Assembly (NCBI GenBank): GCA_964252035.1
Contig: OZ176216.1
Strand: one strand, 5' to 3'
DNA length: 64,000 nt
Source of the DNA: Podarcis erhardii
Lineage: Eukaryota
The notes under the pieces: model-generated
Told to the model about the DNA's origin: nothing
Databases searched by the model: none
The model's input: the letters and a program-made list of their open reading frames with translations, nothing else
Shown: positions 61,321-64,000 of the stretch, one piece after another
Position numbering within the stretch: position 1 is the stretch's first letter
Layout of the letters: every line of letters starts with the position of its first letter
Made by a program: the position numbers and the translations under genes

Positions 61321-62601
61321 TTCATGTTCACCAAACATTTTTACCTCCACTGAGTTGGCTTTGGGGGAGAGAGTGCTCTAGCGTGTTCTCCCTCTGCTTG
61401 AACTTCAGCCACTGTTCATTTTCTGTTTCCCTCCCTGGTGATCAGGGCAGCTTTTGCACACATCACACTATCGGATGCTCCTTTACTCTAAACTGAGAAA
61501 GGAACTTGGGGCATTTATCTTCTTTTGGGGTGAACAAGGCATCCAAGGCTCACTCTACCACAGCCAACCTCTAGCACTTATTAGACACTCCTGAACAGTT
61601 ACATCTGCTGAGGCCTCGGGATGGCATCAGGTCCCCTACAGCTCCAGTTCTTTACACTTCTCAGCAAACTCTTCCTCAGGCTTGGCCATAGGGCAGAACA
61701 GAGAAGGAGTCTACATGACCAGGCTGAACTGCAAAGGTTTGCTTACAAGTTCTCTAATTTTCTGGGTGATAAGAGTCAGCCCACCTGATTGGGTTTTTCT
61801 TCACTCCAAACCAGAAGGAACCTTCATGGTAAGTGTCCAATGTTCCTTTTGTATTGGGTTTTAGTGAACATAATAATGGGACTCCCATCAGCTCCAACTA
61901 GCACAGCGGGCTAAATGGGCTCTTGTGTGATCCAAAGGCACACAGGATGGCACATTAATACCCTGCCTGCTCCCTGACTAATGACATTCTGTCAGTCCCA
62001 TCAACCTCACAAGCACGTGGGGGGTGCACCAGAGATAGAGCTTCATCTGTGGCTGGTCCCATATTGTGGAATTCCCTCTCAGGAGAGGCTAGACTGGCTC
62101 CCTCTTTGCTATCCTTGCAGACGATGCTGGTCACTGGGCTGATGTAAGGGCACATCGGATTTCAATTGCTACTTCTAAATGTGTTTTGATATATTTAAAC
62201 TATTGGGTTTACTAGTTAATTTTTATTACTGTATATTTTGTGATGCTATTTTTTAATGTTGGAAGCCACCTTGAATCCCAACATGAGAGAAAGGTGGAAT
62301 AGTAATACATTGAATAATAAGAACAAGGACTTTATTGTACATTGACTTGTTGATCTGGTTTTCACAGAGATGTATTTCTTGAGGGTTCTGTAATGAAGGC
62401 TGTAATCCAAGACACAGTTACCTTGAAGTCAAGAGGGCTTACTTCTAAGTAAGCATGTTTAGGATTTTTTTTTTAAAAAAAATGCATTGAAGAGTAGCTT
62501 TCAGTACATTGCAGCTATATCCTGCATTTACTTTTGAGAAGTATTGATCACTGTTAGGAACACGTGTTTCAGAGACAACAACTTTGGAAGTGTAGCAAGG
62601 C

Positions 62602-62603
<2 letters not shown>

Positions 62604-62639
<36 letters not shown>

Positions 62640-64000
62640 TAATTTATTATTTGTACCCCGCCCATCTGGCTGGGTTTCCCCAGCCACTCTGGGCGGCTTC
62701 CAACAGAGATAAAAAATACACTAAAATGTCACATATTAAAAACTTCCCTGAACAGGGCTGCCTTCAGATGTCTTCTGAATGTCAGGTAGTTGTCCATCGC
62801 CTTGACATCCGATGGGAGGGCATTCCACAGGGCGGGCGCCACCACCGAGAAGGCCCTCTGCCTGGTTCCCTGCAACTTGGCCTCTCGCAGTGAGGGAACC
62901 GCCAGAAGGCCCTCGGAGCTGGACCTCAGTGTCCGGGCAGAACGATGGGGGAGGAGACGCTCCTTCAGATATACTGGACCGAGGCCATTTAGGGCTTTAA
63001 AGGTCAGCACCAACACTTTGAATTGTGCTCGGAAACGTACTGGGAGCCAATGTAGGTCTTTCAAGACCGGTGTTATATGGTCTCGGCGGCCGCTCCCAGT
63101 CACCAGTCTAGCTGCCGCATTCTGTATTAGTTGTAGTTTCCGGGTCACCTTCAAAGGTAGCCCCACGTAGAGCGCATTGCAGTAGTCCAAGCGGGAGATA
63201 ACCAGAGCATGTACCACTCTGGCGAGACAGTCCGCAGGCAGATAGGGTCTCAGCCTACGTACCAGATGGAGCTGGTAAACAGCTGCCCTGGATACAGATT
63301 TGACCTGTGCCTCCATGGACAGCTGTGAGTCCAAAATGACTCCCAGGCTGCGCACCTGGTCCTTCAGGGGCACAGTTACCCCATTCAGGACCAGGGAATC
63401 CTCCACACCTGCCCGCCTCCTGTCCCCCAAAAACAGTACTTCTGTCTTGTCAGGATTCAACCTCAATCTGTTAGCCGCCATCCATCCTCCAACCGCTTCC
63501 AGACACTCACACAGGACCTTTACCGCCTTCACTGGTTCTGATTTAAAAGAGAGGTAGAGCTGGGTATCATCTGCATACTGATGAACACCCAGCCCAAACC
63601 TCCTGATGATCCCTCCCAGTGGCTGCATGTAGATGTTGAAAAGCATGGGGGAGAGGACAGAACCCTGAGGGGTGCCACAAGTGAGCGGCCAGGGGTCTGA
63701 ACACTCATCCCCCACCACCACTTTCTGAACACGGCCCAGGAGGAAGGAGCGGAACCACTGTATGACAGTGCCCCCAGCTCCCAGCCCCTCAAGACGGTCC
63801 AGAAGGATGTCATGGTCGATGGTATCAAACGCCGCTGAGAGATCCAGCAGAACTAGGAAACAGCTCTCACCTTTGTCCCTAGCCCGCCGGAGATCATCAA
63901 CCAGTGCGACCAAGGCAGTTTCAGTCCCATGATGAGGCCTGAATCCCGACTGGAAGGGATCCAAATGGTCCGCTTCTTCCAGGCGTGCCTGGAGTTGTTC
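62604..64000 (-). mobile_element. L2 LINE with an open RT ORF running off the window edge
   Basis: Open frame from the window end to the stop at 62729. Motifs FQSGFRPHHGTETAL, LLDLSAAFDTIDH, PQGSVLSP, YADDTQLY, SRLDYCN. Has a 3' stem-loop region and a (TAA)n tail at about 62604-62641. Confidence 0.95.

Noticed and set aside
62790-63557. Plus-strand ORFs antisense to the L2 RT (also 20946-21539 and 46848-47159)
   Set aside because: Shadow frames of LINE coding sequence.
54867-64000. Human exon encoding GLIVQDHSDPMF... and the following GGRLLCCESCP... exon
   Set aside because: Neither found by eye; they probably lie beyond the window, so absence cannot be claimed.

Overview
Vertebrate nuclear DNA from a squamate reptile, probably a lizard. 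This is inferred from Sauria SINEs plus young L2, CR1, L1, Rex1 and Penelope-type repeats. The window holds the 5' part of NSD3 (WHSC1L1) on the + strand. It has a CpG-island promoter and noncoding exon 1 (about 6.0-6.6 kb), then 13 coding exons from 18188 to 54866 with GT-AG junctions and consistent phases. These give 2608 nt, about 869 codons, covering the N-terminal region, the BRD4-ET-binding motif, PWWP1 and PHD1-3. The SET domain lies beyond the window. The rest is mostly transposon-derived. It includes an open Rex1/Babar RT at the left edge, a 3.35-kb L1 with a 16-bp TSD in intron 4 and an open L2 RT at the right edge. There are also CR1 fragments, a decayed DIRS-like RT, many Tc1/mariner and hAT MITEs, and SINEs. 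I found no convincing wholly new system. The best leads are: (1) a spliced uORF plus an overlapping out-of-frame uORF at the NSD3 start; (2) a weak exon-8 donor that reads through to VGFLHVES-stop, followed by a 3'UTR-like region with poly(A) signals, a candidate short NSD3 isoform; (3) two fold-back Penelope-type insertions carrying minimal hammerhead ribozyme motifs; (4) a candidate stop-containing exon in intron 8. Coordinates were counted by hand. Homology statements rest on recalled protein and repeat families, not on searches.
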